Assembly (NCBI GenBank): GCA_051883455.1
Contig: JBJETT010000012.1
Span: forward strand, 64,833-128,832
Direction of reading: 5' to 3'
Source of the DNA: Christensenellales bacterium
Lineage (GTDB): Bacteria; Bacillota; Clostridia; Christensenellales; UBA3700
DNA: 64,000 bases
The position numbers and the translations under genes were made by a program. Under the pieces are notes generated by a model. That model saw only the letters and a program-made list of their open reading frames with translations, searched no databases and was not told the origin of the DNA. Below, one piece after another: positions 56,908-64,000 of the stretch (position 1 is the first letter of the stretch; each line of letters opens with the position of its first letter).

Positions 56908-57644
56908 AATCATTTATTATGCTATTTAAAAATGAATTTAAACTTAATATCCGTAACATGAATATGGTCATCTTTGCGGTGATTATACCTATAGTCGTTC
57001 TGGTTATTCTCGGTTTGATATACGGAACGACGCCTGTAACCGACGGTGTGACATATACGTTTATGGAACAGTCGTTCGGCGCACTTTGTACTATAAGTAT
57101 GTGTGCAGGGGGCTTGATGGGATTGCCCCTTGTCGTATCGGAATACAGAGAACGTAAAATATTAAAACGGTTTAAGGTCACGCCCGTCAGTCCTTTAAAA
57201 CTACTTGCCGTTGAAGTCTTGATTTACGTTGTATATTGTATCGTGTCCGTTATTACGCTCGCTCTCGTTTCGCTTATATGGAAGGTAAGAATAAGCGGTT
57301 CCTGGTTGGCATTTTTGGGAAGCTGGATATTGACGATGGTTTCTACTTTAAGTGTCGGTATGATGGTCGGCGGCGTGGCTAAAAACACAAAGAGTGCAAG
57401 CGTAATTGCCTGTACTCTATACTTCCCGACTTTGATATTTTCGGGTGCGACGCTTCCGCTTGAGGTGATGCCAAACGTTATGCAAAGTATAGTAAAATTC
57501 TTTCCGTTGACGCAGGGTATTCAGTTGATGAAGTCGACTTTTCTTGGTTTGCCGATTGACAATATTTGGCTCCCTATCGTGGTTATGTCAGCCGTTACGA
57601 TTATCTGCACAGGTATAGCAGTAAAATTTTTCAGGTGGGAATAA
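56904..57644 (+). CDS. ABC-2 type transporter permease
   Basis: Six hydrophobic segments, with an ATGA overlap onto the ATPase gene. Confidence 0.8.
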   Translation: MKSFIMLFKNEFKLNIRNMNMVIFAVIIPIVVLVILGLIYGTTPVTDGVTYTFMEQSFGALCTISMCAGGLMGLPLVVSEYRERKILKRFKVTPVSPLKLLAVEVLIYVVYCIVSVITLALVSLIWKVRISGSWLAFLGSWILTMVSTLSVGMMVGGVAKNTKSASVIACTLYFPTLIFSGATLPLEVMPNVMQSIVKFFPLTQGIQLMKSTFLGLPIDNIWLPIVVMSAVTIICTGIAVKFFRWE

Positions 57645-57778
57645 ATGAAAAAAATACGCAAAAATCCGACCGTACCTTAACAGATTGACTTTTTTGCACA
57701 TATTATTTCTCGCACATAATTAATTAAATTAATGCTTATGTAAAGATATCCATTTTTCAAGTGGAAGGATTAAGAAAA

Positions 57779-57805
57779 GGTCGGACAAAACGTCCGACCT
57801 TTTAT
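57779..57805. terminator. hairpin terminator near the right end of the nested element
   Basis: GGTCGGAC-AAAAC-GTCCGACC flanked by an A-run and TTTTA. Confidence 0.6.
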
Positions 57806-57865
57806 ACATTGATTTGGCTGCTTAAATTCTGATTTTAAATTATTGTGTCCATTTGAATGCTTGAA

Positions 57866-58246
57866 CCCCTCAAACATGCTTTCTAAAATGATTGCCTCGG
57901 GAGTATCGGGTATATACTCGGTAGCGGATACAACCCTTACGCCGTTGTCTTTGAGCGTTTTCTTATGTTTTGTGGCTTCATATTTGTTTCGGCTGAAACG
58001 GTCAAATTTGTAAACGAGGACCATATTGAAATCGTGTCTTTTACTATCCTCAATCATTTGGCGAAAGTCGGGGCGATTGTCGTTGGTGCCCGTCATCGCT
58101 CTATCTATGTAGGTTTTGAGGACGAGTATATCGTTGTTTTTGGCATACTCGTTGCAAACACGGAGTTGTCCTTCTATGGATTGCTCCGATTGGCTGTCGC
58201 TCGAATAGCGAGCATATATTACTGCTGTTTTGGTTTTGTTTTCCAT
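57866..58246 (-). pseudogene. large serine recombinase, N-terminal 127 codons (resolvase catalytic domain), severed by the nested element
   Basis: AVIYARYSSDSQSEQSIEGQ...VYKFDRFSRN...PEAIILESMFEG, after which the track ORF (to 57770) reads into element DNA. It continues logically at 46912. Confidence 0.8.
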
Positions 58247-58283
58247 AATTTATTTTCTCCTTATATTTAGTTTTTGTTAGTTT

Positions 58284-58427
58284 GTCTTTCGACGGGAACG
58301 AGATAAACGGAAACGGTCTAAGTTGTTTTCTTTAGTTGCTAAACTCTTGTTCGTCAAGGGTTGTGGAACAATGCACTTTACCCTTGACGGACAAGCCGTT
58401 TTCGTTTACGCTCCCGTAGCGAAAGAC
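58284..58427. repeat. ~144-bp imperfect palindrome between the rep stop and the recombinase start (candidate single-strand origin or recombination site)
   Basis: Outer arms GTCTTTCGACGGGAACGAGATAAACGGAAACGG and CCGTTTTCGTTTACGCTCCCGTAGCGAAAGAC. Inner hairpin CGTCAAGGG-N20-CCCTTGACG (58352-58389). Confidence 0.6.
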
Positions 58428-58435
58428 TATTTGTT

Positions 58436-59350
58436 TTAGTTGCTCTTAGGCAACTTATCTATGACTTCTTTGCTCACTTTGCCAAGTATTTCGCCTTCGT
58501 TCATACAGGTGAAGTTGTCAAATAGCAATACTTTTCTATCGTCCACTCCGTAAGGACAAGCCACGTCTTCGTCCAATACGTCCGAAAGAAAATAGGTCGG
58601 CAATTTACCGCCATAGACTAAACGTTCGCCAGATTTTTCCATATACTTGGTTATGTATTTTGCCGCATTGGCAATGTCATCTTGCGTGGCAATATCTTTG
58701 AAGTCGTTTCTTCCAAAGTGTTTGAGAAAATGACTGTTTTGGCAGGTGGTTTGCATACGGTGGTTGCGTGTGTCGTAATCTCGCATCTTTTCCAACTCTC
58801 CAATCATCTTTGGGATATGGAATATTCCATGGAAATGTAACCTGTTGGTGTCGTTGCCACGCTCCCACACTCCTACGTACTTCCAACCGTTTCTTGCCAC
58901 AAGGTGTTTGAGTGTGTTGGATAGCTTCTTCCTAAACGATGCTTCCGTATGAAGTTCGTCCGAGTAGGTAAACGTACAAAAGAAATCCCAATCTTGTAGT
59001 CGCAGTTTTCGCATTAGCCGTACTTTGCGTTTTATGGCGTTGGTTTTTGCTCTTTCTACGCTTTCATCCACATAAGCGTTCAATTCTTCTTTGCTATCAA
59101 AATGTTCTTTTAATTCTTGTTTTATATGAGCCTTACGTTCTCTCTTTGGCAAAGATTGACTTTCCTTGTATGCCTTTTCAAAGCGTTCTTTTGTGGTGTT
59201 GGTTGAAGTATCAACCATCTGTTCTTTTTGCGTTTGTTGCATTGGTTTGACGACACGTCTTTTGCGTCCTTTCTTGCTTGGGAACGCTCCTTTAGGTATA
59301 CCTATGTAGTGACTGCCGTCAAAGTAGATTTTCATATCTCGGTTATTCAT
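58436..59350 (-). CDS. rolling-circle replication initiator (HUH endonuclease, two-tyrosine phiX-A-like type)
   Basis: Motif 1 FFCTFTY, motif 2 LHFHGIFHIP, motif 3 AKYITKYMEK (YxxKYxxK). Confidence 0.75.
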   Translation of the reverse strand: MNNRDMKIYFDGSHYIGIPKGAFPSKKGRKRRVVKPMQQTQKEQMVDTSTNTTKERFEKAYKESQSLPKRERKAHIKQELKEHFDSKEELNAYVDESVERAKTNAIKRKVRLMRKLRLQDWDFFCTFTYSDELHTEASFRKKLSNTLKHLVARNGWKYVGVWERGNDTNRLHFHGIFHIPKMIGELEKMRDYDTRNHRMQTTCQNSHFLKHFGRNDFKDIATQDDIANAAKYITKYMEKSGERLVYGGKLPTYFLSDVLDEDVACPYGVDDRKVLLFDNFTCMNEGEILGKVSKEVIDKLPKSN

Positions 59351-59583
59351 TGTTTTCCTCCTTTTTTGTGTATTTTGTATATCTATTTATTCGCTATTCA
59401 GCGTTATTTACAACTTTATTTTGCGTTTCTTTATGCAGTTCAACTATCTTTGAAAACAATGTTTCAAAGAACGCGTGTTTTTGGCTGTCGGAAATGGTTT
59501 CTATGTCAGGTTCGCCAACTGCGATCACGTTTAAGTTTGTCTGTAGCATTTTTTACATCCTTGTGTTTTTTTTGAGTGTAAAC

Positions 59584-59820
59584 TTCAAACTCGCAACTTT
59601 TTTGCGACTTTGAAAAATATTTTTCCTATTGCTTTTAATTTACACATCTCACGTTGCAGATTTTGAAACGTGATAAAACCTTTATGTTGAATTTTTTCTT
59701 CAAACAATTTGTGTTTGAGAAAATAATACCCACCAACTGTTGCAGGTTTTGCGACAGTTAAAATCTTTTTGTGTTTACTTTTAATCTACATTGCTCACTG
59801 TGCAGGTTTTGCACGAATTA
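59584..59820. repeat. origin-like repeats upstream of rep: three hairpins with a conserved TGCAG(A/G)TTTTG loop, plus a 13-bp-arm palindrome
   Basis: TTCAAACTCGCAA/TTGCGACTTTGAA (59584-59616). TCACGTT-GCAGATTTTGA-AACGTGA (59649-59673). AACTGT-TGCAGGTTTTGCG-ACAGTT (59735-59759). GTGC-AGGTTTT-GCAC (59800-59814). Copies 1 and 3 share about 40 nt (CTTTTAATYTACA...). Confidence 0.6.
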
Positions 59821-60213
59821 AAAACATTTATTGCCTATAGATTAACTTTTAACTAGGACACCTTTTGTCGTAATTAAAAAAATATTTTAACTTTTTTCAC
59901 CTATTTCAACTCGCTAACTTGGAAAGGGTATCAACTGATTGAAAAGCAACATAAAAATATCATTTTGAAGTAACGGAAACCAGAACGTCCGTGTGACAAA
60001 AAAGGACCAATTTGTGATGCGAGGAAGAAAAAAAGAACGACGTCAAAAACGCCGCATGAAAACACAACTAAAAACAAATACTTGTTGGAAAAAGGAAAAC
60101 AACTCAAAAATGCCGACAACGGAAAAACGGGCGCGGTTCGCAGCGGTGTAGCGAGAACGCCCCGTTCCGTTCGGCTTTGAGTTGTCCTTTCCCAAAGTGT
60201 TATTTAGTTGTTT

Positions 60214-60269
60214 CACGGGTGCTTGACCGCGGAGCTTTGCTCCGCGCTTGTATATGTCAAGCACCCGTG
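60214..60269. repeat. nested inverted repeat
   Basis: CACGGGTGCTTGAC...GTCAAGCACCCGTG (14-bp perfect arms) enclosing CGCGGAGC-TTTG-CTCCGCG. Confidence 0.7.
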
Positions 60270-60394
60270 AGAGTGCCATTTGATTATTTCTATATTATTA
60301 TTTTAGTTTTTTAATTGTAGGCTTCTATTGGTATTGACTTTTATCACCAAAAAATGCTAAAATAATGCTAATCTGATGATAACGGAGACATACA

Positions 60395-60583
60395 ATGACT
60401 TATGCCGAAAAAATTAAACAATCGAGAGAATCGCTTTTAATGACTCAAAGCGAATTTGCTGCCGAAATAGGTGTTAATTCTATTACCGTTTGCAGGTGGG
60501 AAACAGGGAAAACCGAACCAAGCATAAAGGCTAAAAAGGCATTTAGAGCCTTGTGTGAGCGTAAAGGCATCGATTTCAAATAA
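60395..60583 (+). CDS. XRE-family helix-turn-helix protein (possible R-M controller)
   Basis: 62 aa. LLMTQSEFAAEIGVNSITVCRWETGKTEP. Confidence 0.7.
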   Translation: MTYAEKIKQSRESLLMTQSEFAAEIGVNSITVCRWETGKTEPSIKAKKAFRALCERKGIDFK

Positions 60584-60587
60584 AACA

Positions 60588-61010
60588 ATGGCTAAAACAC
60601 AAGAGGAAATCACAAAAAATATGCGAAGCAACAAAAGCAAGGACACAAAACCCGAGTTCATGTTGCGTAAGGAATTGTGGAAACGCGGTTTACGTTACAG
60701 GAAAAATTACAAGAAGGTAATCGGGAAACCGGATATTGTATTTGTAAGCCGAAAGATAGCAATATTCGTAGACGGCAAAATGTGGCACGGCTACGATTGG
60801 GAAAAACAGAAAAACGACTTCAAATCTCATTGCGACTTTTGGATTCCGAAAATCGAACGGAATATTGAGCGAGACAAAGAAGTAACGGAACAACTGCAAA
60901 ACGAAGGTTGGACTGTGTTGCGATTTTGGGATTTCGAGATAAAGAAAAACCTTTCCGATTGCGCGGACAAAATCGAGAAGGTTTACAACGAACGGAGAAA
61001 CGGAGATTAA
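60588..61010 (+). CDS. vsr: very short patch repair endonuclease
   Basis: TKPEFMLRKELWKRGLRYRKN...GKPDIVF...IAIFVDG..WHG...VLRFWDFEI. The start is moved to MAKTQEE at 60588. Confidence 0.85.
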   Translation: MAKTQEEITKNMRSNKSKDTKPEFMLRKELWKRGLRYRKNYKKVIGKPDIVFVSRKIAIFVDGKMWHGYDWEKQKNDFKSHCDFWIPKIERNIERDKEVTEQLQNEGWTVLRFWDFEIKKNLSDCADKIEKVYNERRNGD

Positions 61011-61012
61011 AA

Positions 61013-62014
61013 ATGTTAAAAAGTATTGATTTATTCGCAGGTATCGGTGGAATTCGACTCGGCTTCGAAAACGCTTTCGGCGACGAACTGAAAACGGTAT
61101 TCGTCAGCGAATGGGACGAATACGCCCAAAAAACATATAAGGCGAATTTTCATGATGATTTCGAAATAGCCGGCGATATAACAAAAATAAAGGAAACGGA
61201 TATTCCCGATTTCGATATTTGTCTTGCAGGATTTCCTTGCCAGGCGTTCAGTCTTGCGGGGCAGCGCAAAGGATTTAAGGACGATTATAAAGGAATGTCG
61301 CGCGGCACGTTGTTTTTCGACGTGGCGAGAATTTGCGCCGAAAAGAAACCGAAAGTAATCTTTTGTGAAAACGTAAAGGGCTTGACTATCCACGACAAAG
61401 GCAGAACTTTTGAAATTATCACCGAAACGCTTAAAGAAATCGGCTACACTCCGTTCGAACAAATATTAAACAGCCGTAATTTCGGCGTTCCGCAAAACAG
61501 AGAGCGTATTTATATCGTGGCTTTCAGAAACGATATCGCGCCGAAAGAATTTGTCTTTCCGACTAAGACCGACGACACGAAACGTATTCGCGATATTTTG
61601 GAAGAAAATCCCGTTCCCGCCAAGTATTATCTCAGCACTTGCTATATGGATACGCTTATTCGTCATAAAGAGCGCCACGCCGCGAAAGGACACGGTTTCG
61701 GGTATGAAATCCGAGATCTCGACGACGTATCGGGCGCAATCGTATGCGGCGGTATGGGTAGAGAAAGAAACTTGATTGTCGATAAGCGACAAACGAATTT
61801 AACCCCCACCACCCACATCAAAGGCGAAATAAATAAAGACGGCATTCGTAAAATGACTCCGAGAGAATGGGCAAGATTGCAAGGCTTCCCCGACGACTAC
61901 AAATTCGTGTTGGCTGACGTGCATTTGTATAAACAATTCGGAAACAGCGTAACAGTTCCCGTAATACAGGCAATAGCGGAAAAAATCAAAGAGGTGCTCG
62001 ACAAAAATGACTGA
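61013..62014 (+). CDS. DNA (cytosine-5)-methyltransferase, M.HpaII-like
   Basis: DLFAGIGG (I), GFPCQAFS (IV), ENVKGL (VI), QNRERIYIV (VIII), GNSVTVPV (X). The variable region KYYLSTCYMDTLIRHKERHAAKGHGFGYEI and GIRKMTPREWARLQGFPDDY parallels my recollection of M.HpaII. The start is at 61013, not 60908. Confidence 0.85.
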   Translation: MLKSIDLFAGIGGIRLGFENAFGDELKTVFVSEWDEYAQKTYKANFHDDFEIAGDITKIKETDIPDFDICLAGFPCQAFSLAGQRKGFKDDYKGMSRGTLFFDVARICAEKKPKVIFCENVKGLTIHDKGRTFEIITETLKEIGYTPFEQILNSRNFGVPQNRERIYIVAFRNDIAPKEFVFPTKTDDTKRIRDILEENPVPAKYYLSTCYMDTLIRHKERHAAKGHGFGYEIRDLDDVSGAIVCGGMGRERNLIVDKRQTNLTPTTHIKGEINKDGIRKMTPREWARLQGFPDDYKFVLADVHLYKQFGNSVTVPVIQAIAEKIKEVLDKND

Positions 62015-63158
62015 ATCGATAAAAGGAAAGAAACTTAATAAAGGCGAATGGGCGGAGTTTTACGTTATGTTAAAACTGCTCGGAGAAGGCAAGTTGTACA
62101 CTGCGGACAATTTGTTGCAGAAAAATTACAAAAGTTATCTTGATATTTTGAAAATCATTCGCCAAGAATGCGAAAGCCAGGTTTTGGAATACGTTATCGA
62201 CGAAGAAAAATCAACGGTTACGATTAAACCTCAAGATTCCGAAACCGTTTTTGCCGTTATTCCGACAAGCGAGTTCAACAAGAACGCAAGCGCGCTGTTT
62301 AACGATATTAAAAACGCACGAGGTGCTTCCGTTCCGGCACCGGATTCGGTGTGCGATTTTGCAAGCGTAATTTACGTAAGCAAACCGAAAGCTCCCGCCG
62401 TAAAGGCATTGAAAAAGCAGTTCGGCGGCAAAAACGATATTTTTATCGAAGTAAGGGACGGTCAAACGGCAATCGTTTCGATAATGGGCTTTTCGATTAA
62501 GTCGAAATTCGGACAAAACCCCACTTTGTTCAATGCAGGTTCTTCTTCGCAATATTTGTACAAATTGTCCGGTTGCGACGACACGATGATGGCGGAATTC
62601 AACGATATATCGGAAAACGGCGGTCGCGGCTGGGCAAAATGCAAAGAGTATTTGAAAAATCACTCCGTTACGATGGAATTTGCAAGGACTCAAAACCCGA
62701 TTTACGAAAATAACTTGTTTCTCATAAGAGAATCGATGGCTAAAATAATGGCTTGGTGCGTTAAAGACAGGTTGATTTCGGGTACGGACAATCATAACGT
62801 CAAAGAAACAGTGGAAAGAATGGCGGTCGAAAATCCTCTTAACGTTCCGAATCCGCAAGTTTATTACGAAAAGGCGTTAAAAGACTTTTTGATTGCGGGA
62901 TTTACAGGAATGACGGCAGGAAACGTTTGGGACGGCAAAGAACAAGTCAACGGCGGTTACATAGTCGTAACGGACGACGGTGATATTCTCTGCTATCATT
63001 CCAACGATAGAGAAGGTTTTAGAGATTATTTGTATAGGAATACGTTCTTCGAATATGTAAGCGCGGAAAAATATTGTTGGAGTCGTATCAAAAAAATCGA
63101 CGGGGAATATTATTTGCCGCTTAACGTATCCGTCAGATTTAATTCGAGAACGAGATAA
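62007..63158 (+). CDS. type II restriction endonuclease, HpaII family
   Basis: NKGEWAEFYVMLKLLGEGKLY, GFSIKSKFGQNPTLFNAG and GGYIVVTDDGDILCYHSNDREGFRDYLYRNT...LNVSVRF parallel my recollection of R.HpaII. Confidence 0.8.
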   Translation: MTESIKGKKLNKGEWAEFYVMLKLLGEGKLYTADNLLQKNYKSYLDILKIIRQECESQVLEYVIDEEKSTVTIKPQDSETVFAVIPTSEFNKNASALFNDIKNARGASVPAPDSVCDFASVIYVSKPKAPAVKALKKQFGGKNDIFIEVRDGQTAIVSIMGFSIKSKFGQNPTLFNAGSSSQYLYKLSGCDDTMMAEFNDISENGGRGWAKCKEYLKNHSVTMEFARTQNPIYENNLFLIRESMAKIMAWCVKDRLISGTDNHNVKETVERMAVENPLNVPNPQVYYEKALKDFLIAGFTGMTAGNVWDGKEQVNGGYIVVTDDGDILCYHSNDREGFRDYLYRNTFFEYVSAEKYCWSRIKKIDGEYYLPLNVSVRFNSRTR

Positions 63159-64000
63159 TGCGAGTATGCAGTTTGTTTTGCGGAATCGGCGGAATAGACC
63201 TTGCCTTTACACAAGCGGGGCATAAAATCGTATGGGCTAACGATATCGATAAATACGCGTGTATGACCTATCGGCACAATTTCCCCGAGACGGTTTTGGT
63301 CGAAGGCGATATTCGCGCAATCGATAAACGCGATATTCCCGATTTCGATATACTTGCGGCAGGCTTTCCTTGCCAACCGTTTTCGGTTTGCGGAAAACAA
63401 AAAGGCTTTTCGGACGAACGAGGAAATTTATTCTTCGAAATCGGAAAAGTAATCGATGCGAAACATCCCTCTATTGTATTTTTAGAGAATGTCGCAAATC
63501 TTACGGAACACGACCACGGTAAAACGTTCAACGTTATTCATAACGAACTTGCGGGACGCGGATATTTTATTCGTTATTTGGTTGCGGATGCTTGCAATTA
63601 CGGCATCCCGCAACATAGAACGAGAATGTATATCGTCGCATTTTCGGACAGAACCGCCTGTGAAATTTTTACGTTTCCGGAAAAAGTTCCGCTCGAAAAA
63701 CGAATAACAGATCTTATCGACGTAACCGTAAAAGCTGACGACAAATATTATTATTCGCCAGATTCGGCAAAGTATCAACGATTAAGTCGATATATTGCCG
63801 ACAAAAAGCAGTTGTATCGATTTGCGGATTACGGTATTCAATCGAGTAAAGACGGCATATCGTTTACGCTCAAAGCGAATATGGGGACATATTACGATCG
63901 TGTGCCGATAATAAAAGATAATTTCGGCATACGAAATATCACACCGACGGAATGTCTTGCTTTGCAAGGTTTTCCGAAAAACTTCTCTTTTCCTCTTGCC
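63158..64000 (+). CDS. second DNA (cytosine-5)-methyltransferase (3' end runs off the window)
   Basis: Absent from the track because it is open at the window end. The ATG at 63158 overlaps the REase stop (TAATG). It reads MRVCSLFCGIGGIDLAF, GFPCQPFS, FLENVANL, QHRTRMYIV...TPTECLALQGFP. Confidence 0.85.
   Translation, partial: MRVCSLFCGIGGIDLAFTQAGHKIVWANDIDKYACMTYRHNFPETVLVEGDIRAIDKRDIPDFDILAAGFPCQPFSVCGKQKGFSDERGNLFFEIGKVIDAKHPSIVFLENVANLTEHDHGKTFNVIHNELAGRGYFIRYLVADACNYGIPQHRTRMYIVAFSDRTACEIFTFPEKVPLEKRITDLIDVTVKADDKYYYSPDSAKYQRLSRYIADKKQLYRFADYGIQSSKDGISFTLKANMGTYYDRVPIIKDNFGIRNITPTECLALQGFPKNFSFPLA

Larger units (their letters stand above)
46911..57867. mobile_element. nested ~10.95-kb Tn4451-like mobilisable element inserted in the outer recombinase gene
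   Basis: Imperfect terminal inverted repeats TTCAAGTAGGTCAAATGGACA (46913-46933) and TGTCCATTTGAATGCTTGAA (57846-57865). It encodes its own large serine recombinase next to the left end and a MobV relaxase. Both junctions share a TTGA(A/G)GG core on the minus strand. Confidence 0.8.
45749..64000. mobile_element. integrated mobile element downstream of ssrA (outer element: serine recombinase, HUH Rep, R-M module). The right end lies beyond the window.
   Basis: Abrupt change after the ssrA terminator: AT-richer sequence, no host repeat modules seen, and recombinase, replication, mobilisation and R-M genes. The left boundary is not defined more precisely than 45749-45775. Confidence 0.6.

Noticed and set aside
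1-64000. tRNA and rRNA genes.
   Set aside because: I saw no cloverleaf-type sequence other than the tRNA-like ends of tmRNA, and nothing rRNA-like. This was a by-eye scan only, so a tRNAscan run would be the proper check.

Overview
Overview: the window has two parts. Coordinates 1-45.7 kb are chromosome of a spore-forming Firmicute, Clostridia-like by its spoVT, spoVB-like, mazG, spoIIE, tilS and hpt synteny. From about 45.75 kb to the window end it is mobile DNA lying directly downstream of the tmRNA gene.

Host part, in order: a fused ABC exporter (partial at the edge); a GH29 fucosidase; and a roughly 10-gene polysaccharide locus (GT2, ugd, two GT4, Wzy-like, WbbI-like galactofuranosyltransferase, Wzx, glf). 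Next come DUF1846, the priming sugar-phosphate transferase, dut and an HD hydrolase. An orphan phage-tail-fibre-like gene pair and a DUF3267 protein follow. The rest is spoVT, a spoVB-like gene, mazG, dusB, trmL, spoIIE, tilS, hpt, a CCA-family enzyme, rmuC, a PHP protein, vanW, a phosphoglucomutase, a ferritin-like protein, secG, smpB, metY, metA and ssrA.

Most unusual feature: a host-specific, modular family of intergenic repeats. Eight arrays total about 3.4 kb, roughly 7.5 percent of the host part. They are built from four recurring modules:
- a TIR-bounded MITE-like unit;
- a double-hairpin unit;
- arrays of GAGATT(G/C)CCAC...(GC/GG)AATGACA hairpin units;
- a recurrent palindrome, AAAAAGTCGATACGTATCGACTTTTT.
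Several stems show compensatory changes between copies. One copy supplies the last 13 codons of metA. I saw none of these modules in the mobile DNA.

Mobile part: an outer element carries a large serine recombinase, a phiX-A-like HUH rolling-circle Rep with origin-like hairpins, and a vsr plus HpaII-like R-M module with a second C5-methyltransferase. Its recombinase gene is split by a nested element of about 10.95 kb that resembles Tn4451 (TnpX-like serine recombinase, MobV relaxase, TetR, MerR, decayed cargo, ABC-2 exporter). The junctions share a TTGA-GG core, and excision there would restore an in-frame recombinase of about 504 aa.

Limits: all calls come from reading the sequence and recalling family motifs. 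No database search was run.
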